From Gloeobacterales cyanobacterium (GTDB lineage: Bacteria; Cyanobacteriota; Cyanobacteriia; Gloeobacterales; PMM-0068): 64,000 bases of DNA. The position numbers and the translations under genes were made by a program. This document shows, in pieces, positions 9,671 to 18,484 of this stretch. The stretch is taken from positions 1 to 64,000 of the forward strand of contig JBBRSB010000008.1 of NCBI GenBank assembly GCA_038245785.1. Direction: 5' to 3'. The notes under the pieces are model-generated. The model had not been told where the DNA came from and did not search any database. It saw nothing but the letters and a program-made list of their open reading frames with translations. Numbering within the stretch: position 1 is the stretch's first letter; each line of letters starts with the position of its first letter.

Positions 9671-11533
9671 TCAATTAGTCTGGAAAGGAGCCATGCTTTC
9701 CCTTAACGAAGGGAAATGCTTTCCACCTAGTTCGATTTGTTCGCGATCGATTCCAGCTTTAACTCTTTCTAATAAATAATCCATATCGTGAGCAATGATA
9801 TTAGTTCCGTGGTCTGGCTCGATCAAACCTGCTAAAGCAATATCGCTACCATGGCAAGCGACCAAATTTTGTATGCCTAAGAAGTTGAATACACCGGATT
9901 CATAAGTTCCACAGGGAACTGAAGGATTATGAACCCCAGCATAATATTCATTTGGACCAAACCATTCTGAGGCTGGATAACCATGGAAATGGACCATTGA
10001 TAAGCCGTTCTGAATAAGTGCTGGTGCATATAAAGATGAGGCTAAAGCAATAGCAAGCATCACGTAAAGATCATAAGACGGCTTAATATCCAAGGCTTTT
10101 GGATTCACATCTTTAGGTAGCTGTAATAATAATCTGGCATCACTGCTAAGACCTATTCTGAGAATGTCTTGCTCAAGGTTTAAGTCTGTCTTGTTCGAAC
10201 CTGAGCGAGAGCTGACGAGCCAAAGGTCTGGAATCTGTTTGAAAACATAGTTTTTTCTTACCTCAGTCTTTATATATTTTCTGTTCATCTCATTTTGGCG
10301 AACTTCATCCAGATGAAATCCCTCTACGGGCAGGAGATTCTCCCACTCAGATTCGCTGATCTCAGGTGCACCAATGTATTGAGGAGGCTCTGCATAGGCG
10401 ACGAAACCATAGGAAACTCCTGTTCTTCCGTTCACAATGACATTAACAATATCCCTGTGCGATTTCCTAGGGATCACTTCGCTGAGTTTTGCTCCTGGAG
10501 GGAATAATCCTGTATCAGCAAGCTTATGGCCTAAGGTAACTAGTTTTCCCGAGTAGTCAGACTTTTGAGGATCATACTGTTCTATTTCAAATCGATTCAT
10601 TGGTATTGGGATGATCGGAACATAAATTTTGGGGATAAGCGAATTCAATACAAATTTGTCAATCTCATCTACAGCATAGATAGAATCTGATAGGTTCATA
10701 TTTAGGATTGAGATATCCTTGCTAGATACTCCAATCACAAGTTCTGAAAATGTCCTAACCAAGGTATTCAAACCAACTTTTATCTTTTGTTGATAGGGCA
10801 GTTTAGGATCTGTGAATTTACTATCTAAGGATGTAAGGATAATTACTTGTGTGTTAGTAGGGTCTTCAATGTATTTGGCTGCATGATCTTCCGCCCAACT
10901 GCTCAATGCCGCAATTCTAAGCACAGACATTGTCCGACTTTTCGAGGAAAGGTCAGAATATAGCTTGTAGAAACTTTCTGCAGCAACAATTCCCAGCTTC
11001 CTCCATAGAGAAGGATGCCTTTCCACATCAATAACTGCATTAATTGATGATTTAACTACCTTCGTTTTGATTTTCATCTTCCATTTGAAAATAGCCACTT
11101 CATAATTGAGTTCAGTCAGTGTTTCATCCCATGGTTCAATGGTGACCCCATAATCCTTGAGTTTTAGAATCAGCTGTTCTCTAAACTGAAGAACCTCGTC
11201 ATTCTTATAGCTATCGGGCAGTGGTCTGATGGCAACTGCTAGCTTCTGTGCCATTGCCTTAGGATCAATAATCGGTTTTTTGCAGGATTGTCCAGTAGAA
11301 CCACCGATTAAACGTCCAATTGTTTGCAAGCTTAATCCTCCCTCTGTGGGGATAGGTTCTGTAGTTTCTTCCTCACGCAGGAACGTAATAATTTCTGTCT
11401 TATGTTCATTCAGCTCATTACGCAACTCCTGTGTTAAGACTCCCTTCGGAGAACGAACGTTCAACTTGTCTCCGTCAGCCCATAATTGAATGTTTTGACG
11501 ATCAAGATTTTTCAAAAGCTCAGCTATATTCAT
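9671..11533 (-). CDS. TubC-type beta-hairpin docking domain fused to an uncharacterised region with a C-terminal class II aldolase/adducin-like domain
   Basis: N-terminal IQLWADGDKLNVRSPKGVLTQELRNELNEHKTEII matches TubC_N. C-terminal SRSGSNK, KPSYD, VHFHG, PCGT and EPDHG occur in class II aldolase order. Confidence 0.7.
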   Translation of the reverse strand: MNIAELLKNLDRQNIQLWADGDKLNVRSPKGVLTQELRNELNEHKTEIITFLREEETTEPIPTEGGLSLQTIGRLIGGSTGQSCKKPIIDPKAMAQKLAVAIRPLPDSYKNDEVLQFREQLILKLKDYGVTIEPWDETLTELNYEVAIFKWKMKIKTKVVKSSINAVIDVERHPSLWRKLGIVAAESFYKLYSDLSSKSRTMSVLRIAALSSWAEDHAAKYIEDPTNTQVIILTSLDSKFTDPKLPYQQKIKVGLNTLVRTFSELVIGVSSKDISILNMNLSDSIYAVDEIDKFVLNSLIPKIYVPIIPIPMNRFEIEQYDPQKSDYSGKLVTLGHKLADTGLFPPGAKLSEVIPRKSHRDIVNVIVNGRTGVSYGFVAYAEPPQYIGAPEISESEWENLLPVEGFHLDEVRQNEMNRKYIKTEVRKNYVFKQIPDLWLVSSRSGSNKTDLNLEQDILRIGLSSDARLLLQLPKDVNPKALDIKPSYDLYVMLAIALASSLYAPALIQNGLSMVHFHGYPASEWFGPNEYYAGVHNPSVPCGTYESGVFNFLGIQNLVACHGSDIALAGLIEPDHGTNIIAHDMDYLLERVKAGIDREQIELGGKHFPSLRESMAPFQTN

Positions 11534-11545
11534 TAGTTAACCCTC

Positions 11546-11836
11546 TCAAAGTTCAATAGTTTCTGATTGAGCAGTCTCAGCTTCTTCTTCTAAACGTTGG
11601 GAGAGACTCTCAATGGTTGGGTAATACATCAGCAAAACTGGGGACAACTTAAAACCTAATAAATTTTCCAGTTTGCCTGCTATAACTAGAGCCTGAGCTG
11701 AATTTAAACCATAGCTATCGAAAGGTTCTCGCATATCAATATCATCTGGTTTGACGCCCATTTGTTGGGCTAATTCATTGACTAACCACGTCTGAATAGC
11801 TGCAGATGTCCATGCTTTAGAGTTGAAGGAATTCAT
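11546..11836 (-). CDS. Stand-alone acyl carrier protein with acidic C-terminal tail
   Basis: IQTWLV, PFDSYGLNS (Ppant Ser), YPTIESL; tail EEEAETAQSETIEL. Confidence 0.9.
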   Translation of the reverse strand: MNSFNSKAWTSAAIQTWLVNELAQQMGVKPDDIDMREPFDSYGLNSAQALVIAGKLENLLGFKLSPVLLMYYPTIESLSQRLEEEAETAQSETIEL

Positions 11837-11871
11837 AGTAAATCCGTTAGACGCTTAGTCAAGATAAGAGG

Positions 11872-13542
11872 TCAAGACAAAGGGGTAGGATGATACTGGT
11901 TGAAGTGTGCTGGCATATGTAAGCCCTGCATCTTTAGGCCGTATATCCGATGTAGATAAGTTGCTCCCGTCATCAGATGGTGAGCTATGTCTACTACCTT
12001 GCGATTATCTGGAGCATCTAGATAGGAACCTCTTACCCAATCGTTGAAGGCTCCCATCGCAGGTCCACACCAAATTTGATAATCAATCTCTCGGCCTTTT
12101 TCTCCGGAATTTGACCAGCGCGAAGCTAGTCCCAGATACCAGCGGAAAATCAGGGCCATCTTCAGCTTGGGGTTATTCCTGGCTTTGGCTATTTTCTCAG
12201 GGTTCCGCCTGGATAAATAGTTCACCGTATCTTCCCAAACCGAGTCCAGGTTTCTGCGGAAAATCTGTTTTTCCACTTGCTCCCGTTCCTGAGCTGGAAT
12301 ACTTTCAATCGATTCATAGTTCCGATAAAGCTCAAATAGCTTCTGCGCTCTCATCGGAAACATAGTTCCGCGTTTGAGAACCTGCAGCCGAACTCCCATT
12401 TCAAACATATCGGCAGCCGGGGCCATCATCACATCAGACACTTCAGCTTGGGCCAACAGCGCCTTGGTATGGAGGGAAGAGCCTGCTTCAATGCACGACT
12501 GGTTAACAGAACCCGTCATCACATAGGCTGCCCCCATCATGAAAGCGGCGAGAGCGGATTGTGGCGTTCCAATGCCTCCCGCCACACCAACCCGGACTGG
12601 CCTGTCGTAGCCATACTGTTCCTGTATCTCATCTCTTAAAGCGAGGATTGAAGGCAGAAGGCATACGAGCGGTCGGTTGTCTGTATGCCCCCCTGAATCC
12701 GCCTCTACCGTGATGTCATCAGCTACAGGAATTTTTGCAGCCAGAGCGGCCTGTACTTCTGTAATCAACCCCTGCTCAACCAAGAGCTTGAGCATTGAAG
12801 GTGGAGCAGGCTGGAGAAATTTCGCTGCCACTTCACGCCGGGAAATCTTGGCAATAACCCTATTTTTAATCTCGATCTGATTGCTTGGATTGAGACTGAG
12901 CCCGGACGCACGGTAGTAAACAATATTAGGAGTCATGTCTAGAAAAGCCGAAGCTTCCACCGTGCGCACCCCATGCTGAAGGTACATGTCTACAGCCTTA
13001 CGTTCTATGGCAGGTTCACTAGGGCTATGCAAGAGATTGAACGCATAGGGTCCTTCGGGAAGCGCTTGTTGAATGCGGTGGATAGCCTCTTCAACACGAG
13101 ATGGACTCAAGCCCCCAGCCCCAAAAGAACTTAGTATTTTTGCCTTACCTAGTGCAATAACTAATTCCTCGGATGCAATTCCATTAGCCATCGCACCAGC
13201 TGCATAAGCACTGTTGACCCCATAGGTGCTTAGGAAATCAGGCGCTCCTAGTTGCTGAATCGACAGAGGCGGCACGGCCACGAGCAATTCCATCGGCATC
13301 GTTTTGCTTTCATCATAGGGATAGCCCCCATGAGTTACGCCAATCCGGGAGCCAGTCCGAATTACATAGCAGGGCTTATCTGGGGTCAAAAGCTTAGCCT
13401 TGATACCGAGCGCATCAAAAGATACATCTTCGAGGCGTCCCTGCCAGAAAGGATAATGAGCAGGTGAGTGGCCAGAAAATTGTAGATAACTACCGCTTCC
13501 CTTGGAGATAGTTTCCACTGGTTGAATATCTGTACTAAGCAT
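11872..13542 (-). CDS. pfaD: PfaD/HglA-family enoyl reductase
   Basis: GAMANGIAS, EADSGGHTDNRP, MAPAADMFEMG, DYQIWCGPAMGAFN. Confidence 0.95.
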   Translation of the reverse strand: MLSTDIQPVETISKGSGSYLQFSGHSPAHYPFWQGRLEDVSFDALGIKAKLLTPDKPCYVIRTGSRIGVTHGGYPYDESKTMPMELLVAVPPLSIQQLGAPDFLSTYGVNSAYAAGAMANGIASEELVIALGKAKILSSFGAGGLSPSRVEEAIHRIQQALPEGPYAFNLLHSPSEPAIERKAVDMYLQHGVRTVEASAFLDMTPNIVYYRASGLSLNPSNQIEIKNRVIAKISRREVAAKFLQPAPPSMLKLLVEQGLITEVQAALAAKIPVADDITVEADSGGHTDNRPLVCLLPSILALRDEIQEQYGYDRPVRVGVAGGIGTPQSALAAFMMGAAYVMTGSVNQSCIEAGSSLHTKALLAQAEVSDVMMAPAADMFEMGVRLQVLKRGTMFPMRAQKLFELYRNYESIESIPAQEREQVEKQIFRRNLDSVWEDTVNYLSRRNPEKIAKARNNPKLKMALIFRWYLGLASRWSNSGEKGREIDYQIWCGPAMGAFNDWVRGSYLDAPDNRKVVDIAHHLMTGATYLHRIYGLKMQGLHMPAHFNQYHPTPLS

Positions 13543-13674
13543 AGTTTCAGCCCTCTAAAGTGAATCGTGAATGATTAGTTTCTACTTTTTGGATATGCTT
13601 GTTAACCATCTCAAATTATTTAGATGGTCATTTCTGCTTTTTTAGCTGAGTAGACCCTTGACACGGCCAAGCGC

Positions 13675-16647
13675 TTACGAATTCTTTTCATGTGCCATCT
13701 CATTAAGCATCTGCTGTGCTAGATTCACCTGAAGTTGAATAATTTCTGCCATCTGCTCCAAAGATTCCTGCCGTGTTTCTAGAAAGGCTTTGTGTGCTTT
13801 GGCTATCTGGTTAGAAGATTCACTGAGTTGCTCACGTATAAGACTTTTTGTTCCTGCTAAAGCATTAAGGGCTTCCTGATCGCATTTGCCTAAGGTCATC
13901 TTCTCAACAAAAGAGGGCCTTTCGCTAGGGTTCTGCTGAACCCCATATAGGGGAGAAAGATCCACGGGAACTCGATGACTAAGAAGCTGTGCTAAAGCTT
14001 TGACGATGGAGGTAAAGTCATCAGTTCCTCTTCGATTCAACGATATGGTTATATGCTCTTTTTGACCTAAAATCTCATCGATCCATCTAGAACAGATGCT
14101 TCCTGCCCCTGCTTCAATGAATATTCTGCTGCCATCGTCATAGACTCGGTTCACTAACCGAGGAAAATCTAAGGGTTGGCAAAGCCCTTTTGCAACATGG
14201 TGACTAACTAATTCAGCATCTAGGTCAATCGGTTGATAGTCGACAGCAGAATAAATAGTTGTCTTTGAAATATTTTGGATCGGTAAAGTATTGAGCTTGA
14301 CGAGTTCATCGTATTCAGATCGCATCGCTTCACAGTGGATTGCATGGTTCAAAGGAGCACGAAAAGCATCACAATTTAGTGTTTTAATCACCCTCTGACA
14401 AGCTTCTGGATCGCCTGCAATAACTGCTTCCTTAGGAGTATTAATCTGAGTCAAATAAACACGGTTTTCATGCTTCAAGCAGTTCATAATCTCGGAAGCT
14501 GAAGCCATAAGAACGTACGTACTCCAGATTTCTTCATTCTCCTGCCTATTATGATTTTGAGGTAATTTCCAGTACTCACGCACTGCGTCTTTAGGACCAG
14601 ATAAACGCGTTTTGAACAAAGCAGATGAATTCAAAGCATCACTTCGTTCACTGAAGTTAGCCCAGACGCCCTGGGCGCACAACATACTAGTTTCACCTAA
14701 GCTATATCCAAAGGCAGATTGTGGCTGGATTTGAAAGTAGTCTTTCATAACAAGGGTAATGACAGTAGCGAAACCCATTTCGACTTCGAGCATGGAAAGA
14801 ATATTATCCACCAGCTCTTTTTCAATCTTTTCTAGTTGCCTCACAGATAACTTGTTTAAGCTTCGTGGATAGATAAGTTTATCTATTTTCGCAATGCAGT
14901 CACTTGTATTTTTGATTACTGGGTCATCCCAAATTTTTGGAAAGAGCCGAAAAATATCCCGGCCTAACCCTACATAGGAACCAAAAGCCCCAGGATAAGC
15001 GTAAGCAACAGTACCTTTTTTAGCAAGCGGATTGGCTGTAAAGTAGCTGCCTAGAGGAGTTTTCCAGTCATCTCCTTGCTCGAAGGCCCGTGTAATACCC
15101 TGAAACGCACGTTGACATTCCTTAGATAATTCATCTTTACGGCGTCCTAGAATGACCAGTGCGTAAGTTTCTTGAGAATGTTCTTGAAATGCCGTAAAAG
15201 TTTGACTGGCAGCATCAGATAAAGAAGAACAATCCTCAATAACCTGTTGAAGCTGATGAACCTGTTCTAATAGCCCCAAGCGGTCTACAGCAGCAACTGG
15301 AAATAGATGAAAGGGCATTTGCTCAAGGTAGCTGTTTCGACTAAGAGATCTGTCTATAGAAGATTCACTAAGTTTTGGGGCCTCTGACATAACTAAATGA
15401 GCACAGGTGCCATCTCTTCCCAAACTATTAATAGCAGCCAATCTGATATAGCTGCCTGTTTCTAAACACCAGGGTCTCGATTCAGATGCAATATAAAAAG
15501 GGCTATCTTGCGAGATGTGCACTTTAGGACCAGACCACTGAGGTACGGCAGGGATATAACGATGATAGATACAAAGAGCAGTCTTGATTAAACTAGCCAT
15601 TCCTGAGGCCGTATAAGTGTGACCAATGTTAGCTTTCACACTACCTAAAGCACAGTTAAGACCTGCCTTAGAAGACTGGTAACCTCGAGTTAAACCTTCA
15701 ATTTCTGCATCATCTTCTTGCTGAATTCCGCTCCCATAAACTTCAACATAGCTAATATCGTCTGGTTGTACCTTCGCAACCTTAAAAGCTTGCTGACAAG
15801 CTTGGGCTATCAATTTAGCTGAAGGTAATTCAGAGTAGTTCTCTCGTTTTTCTAATGGCTGTATAAGACTGATAGCCTCAATCACGGCATAGACTGGATT
15901 ACTATCTTTTTGTGCAGCTTTATGATGTTTTAAGACAACCGCCCCAGCTCCCTCACCGATCATCCATCCATTTGCATTGCGGTCATAACCAAGTGTAGCG
16001 ACACCCGTATTTATTTTCGCTGACTGGTTGCGTGATAAAACATCTTCCACTCCACCGGCCAAATCAACCACAGCTACTAAAACGGCATCAACTTCTCCAG
16101 TAGCTAAGAGCATTTGAGCATTTTCCAGAGCCTCAAAGGTAAAATTATCTCCGGCAGCGAGTGTGAAGGTAGGACCCATGAAATTCCATAGCGCAGAGAT
16201 GCGACTAGCGATGATGTTGTCGATATAGCTCGGATATTCCCTAGTTTCAGCTGCGGAAACAATAACTGCTACATTGGCCCCTTTCTGAATGCCTGCATCT
16301 CCCAAAGCGCCTTCAGCGACTTTGAGCAGCAAAAGTTGTTGAGAGTTGAGTTTATCGACTGTGCTATGAGGTACCTTGAAATGCAACGGATTAAATTCAA
16401 AGTTCTCTATGTAAGCGCCTCGAGGAACTTGATCATTTTCGAAGCCATGATCTTTGAGCAGTTGCACTTGATGATTGACTCCTTCCCACCGCTGGGTAGG
16501 CGGGGAAACAAAATGCTGCGTACCCTCATAGATACTGCGCTCAAAAGCATCTAATCCCTGGCATGAACCGAAAGCAGCATCCATACCCACAATTGCTATT
16601 TTTGGGAGTTGAACGGTTATATTGGGCTCTATTTCTACTCTTTTCAT
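13675..16647 (-). CDS. hglC: HglC/PfaB-like chain-length factor (non-catalytic KS) plus acyltransferase
   Basis: KIAIVGMD start, GEGAGAVVLK, GSVKANIGHT; no DxACxS Cys; AT motif GYSLGE, DFPRLV, FIEAG. Confidence 0.85.
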   Translation of the reverse strand: MKRVEIEPNITVQLPKIAIVGMDAAFGSCQGLDAFERSIYEGTQHFVSPPTQRWEGVNHQVQLLKDHGFENDQVPRGAYIENFEFNPLHFKVPHSTVDKLNSQQLLLLKVAEGALGDAGIQKGANVAVIVSAAETREYPSYIDNIIASRISALWNFMGPTFTLAAGDNFTFEALENAQMLLATGEVDAVLVAVVDLAGGVEDVLSRNQSAKINTGVATLGYDRNANGWMIGEGAGAVVLKHHKAAQKDSNPVYAVIEAISLIQPLEKRENYSELPSAKLIAQACQQAFKVAKVQPDDISYVEVYGSGIQQEDDAEIEGLTRGYQSSKAGLNCALGSVKANIGHTYTASGMASLIKTALCIYHRYIPAVPQWSGPKVHISQDSPFYIASESRPWCLETGSYIRLAAINSLGRDGTCAHLVMSEAPKLSESSIDRSLSRNSYLEQMPFHLFPVAAVDRLGLLEQVHQLQQVIEDCSSLSDAASQTFTAFQEHSQETYALVILGRRKDELSKECQRAFQGITRAFEQGDDWKTPLGSYFTANPLAKKGTVAYAYPGAFGSYVGLGRDIFRLFPKIWDDPVIKNTSDCIAKIDKLIYPRSLNKLSVRQLEKIEKELVDNILSMLEVEMGFATVITLVMKDYFQIQPQSAFGYSLGETSMLCAQGVWANFSERSDALNSSALFKTRLSGPKDAVREYWKLPQNHNRQENEEIWSTYVLMASASEIMNCLKHENRVYLTQINTPKEAVIAGDPEACQRVIKTLNCDAFRAPLNHAIHCEAMRSEYDELVKLNTLPIQNISKTTIYSAVDYQPIDLDAELVSHHVAKGLCQPLDFPRLVNRVYDDGSRIFIEAGAGSICSRWIDEILGQKEHITISLNRRGTDDFTSIVKALAQLLSHRVPVDLSPLYGVQQNPSERPSFVEKMTLGKCDQEALNALAGTKSLIREQLSESSNQIAKAHKAFLETRQESLEQMAEIIQLQVNLAQQMLNEMAHEKNS

Positions 16648-16681
16648 AGTTCTATCCTTTAATATAATTCGGATTCCCTAC

Positions 16682-18406
16682 TTATCTGGGCAACTTTAGA
16701 GAAAAGATAGTAGTCTTTGCCCCTAGAAAGCGTGAGTAAACTTTTCCATGGAGATCATGGGAGGTAATGTCAGTAATCAAGCTGGTTTCCGTTTTAGATT
16801 TAACTTCTGCAGAAACATAAAAAGTTTCATCACATGGAATATCTGCAAAATGCTCAAACTTTTCTAATAATGCTGGCAAACAAATTTCTTTGTGGAAATG
16901 GCATAACCAAATCCAAACACTATGGAACTGCAAGTCAATAACATAAGGGTTAATCGTCTGTATAGGAAACTGCCCTTGCTTTTTTTCTTCCACCCCCTTC
17001 CATTTCAATCGGGTAGTAATTCTTTCAGGAGTAATATTTATAACATTTTCCACAGCCTGAAAAGCAGGCCCATGGAACAGGCTTAGTTCTCCATCTTGAT
17101 AACAGGGCCTATCGAAGTTGGAAATTGCAGGATCTATTGTTAAATCAAAAGAATCATGGATAGGAGCACTCAGAATATCTCGCAGCAACTTTAGCTGACA
17201 AGAGTAATGATAGTGTATTTTCCCAGCGTTACTTCTACTCCATACTTTTGCTTCAAACTCTATTTCGCTAGAATTTTTTGCAATTTCTTTGATATCTAGA
17301 ACATATTCATTTGCTAAACTTTCATTAAAAATGATACCCTTTAAAATTCTAAAGTTTATACAACTGAAAAATTTATAGCCAGGGTAAAGTTGTTCACAGG
17401 CATTGGCAATCCACGATATTGCACAGGTGGCTGGAAGAACTGGATTACCAGCAATCACATGATCTTGCAAAAAAGGATTTGCTTCTAAAGTCAATCTACG
17501 ACGGATGGAGTGAGTTTCTAGCTGTGGATTCAACTTGCTAACAGGTATAAAAACTGGACTACCAATCACTACCTGCGCTGTTTTCTGGTTAACTATGTTT
17601 AATTCGTCAACCATCATTTGTGCACCAACTTCAATCGGAATAATTTCGATATTTCGTTGGGCAAAAGCGTTCTTCAATTCTGGAGAGACCATACCACTAT
17701 CCCAAGGACCCCAATTTATAGCAACCACATGGCAAGAGGGATTATGCTGTTTGACGAGATGAGCTGACTTATTAAGAATTTCGTTAGCCATTGCATAATC
17801 AGTCTGGCCGATATTCCCAAAAAAACCAGATACAGAGGAAAATAGGACTAAGTAGTCAAGTTGACTCACGGGTATGCAAGATAGTAAGTTCTCTAAGCCC
17901 TTTACTTTTGCTGTATAAACAGTTTCAAAATCCTCTTCAGTTTTCTTTTCAATTAACTTATCTGCTAAATTTCCAGCTCCGTGAATAATGCCAGTAATAG
18001 GTCCCATTCGACTAATAGTAGCTTCCAGCTTTTGCTGTAAGGCCGAGATATCTGTTATATCCACATCGATATATTCTGCTTGCCCTCCAGCTCTTTCAAT
18101 AGCTCGTAGCGTATTTTTAATTTCTCGACTAGATATAATAGAGCGAAATACTTTCTGCACCGCCATGGGCGAAGGCTTCCCTCCTTTCGCTAAGAGGTCT
18201 TCCATGATCAACTTTTTGAGCTGAGATTCATCAGAGTAATTCTTAGCCCAATCAGGTTCATTGTCCAAAATGGATGAACGGCCTAATAATACAAATGTGC
18301 ATGGCTGATGCTGCACTAGTCTGGTCACGCACTTGCCCGTAATACCTTTAGCTCCACCACTAACAAGAAAAACTGATGACGGACTAATCTGAGTTGCTGA
18401 TGCCAT
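16682..18406 (-). CDS. HglG-like ketoreductase-dehydratase (KR-DH)
   Basis: GGAKGIT, IHGAG, DYAMAN, INWGPW (KR); NPFLQDHVIAGNPVLPA and LFHGPAFQ (DH). ATG at 18406 preferred over TTG at 18418. Confidence 0.88.
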   Translation of the reverse strand: MASATQISPSSVFLVSGGAKGITGKCVTRLVQHQPCTFVLLGRSSILDNEPDWAKNYSDESQLKKLIMEDLLAKGGKPSPMAVQKVFRSIISSREIKNTLRAIERAGGQAEYIDVDITDISALQQKLEATISRMGPITGIIHGAGNLADKLIEKKTEEDFETVYTAKVKGLENLLSCIPVSQLDYLVLFSSVSGFFGNIGQTDYAMANEILNKSAHLVKQHNPSCHVVAINWGPWDSGMVSPELKNAFAQRNIEIIPIEVGAQMMVDELNIVNQKTAQVVIGSPVFIPVSKLNPQLETHSIRRRLTLEANPFLQDHVIAGNPVLPATCAISWIANACEQLYPGYKFFSCINFRILKGIIFNESLANEYVLDIKEIAKNSSEIEFEAKVWSRSNAGKIHYHYSCQLKLLRDILSAPIHDSFDLTIDPAISNFDRPCYQDGELSLFHGPAFQAVENVINITPERITTRLKWKGVEEKKQGQFPIQTINPYVIDLQFHSVWIWLCHFHKEICLPALLEKFEHFADIPCDETFYVSAEVKSKTETSLITDITSHDLHGKVYSRFLGAKTTIFSLKLPR

Positions 18407-18484
18407 AAACGCTCTCAATTGGATAACTTATTAAAGTTGTTTAATTGGTCCTACTGTATTCGTTGGATATGAAACTCTTTGGGT

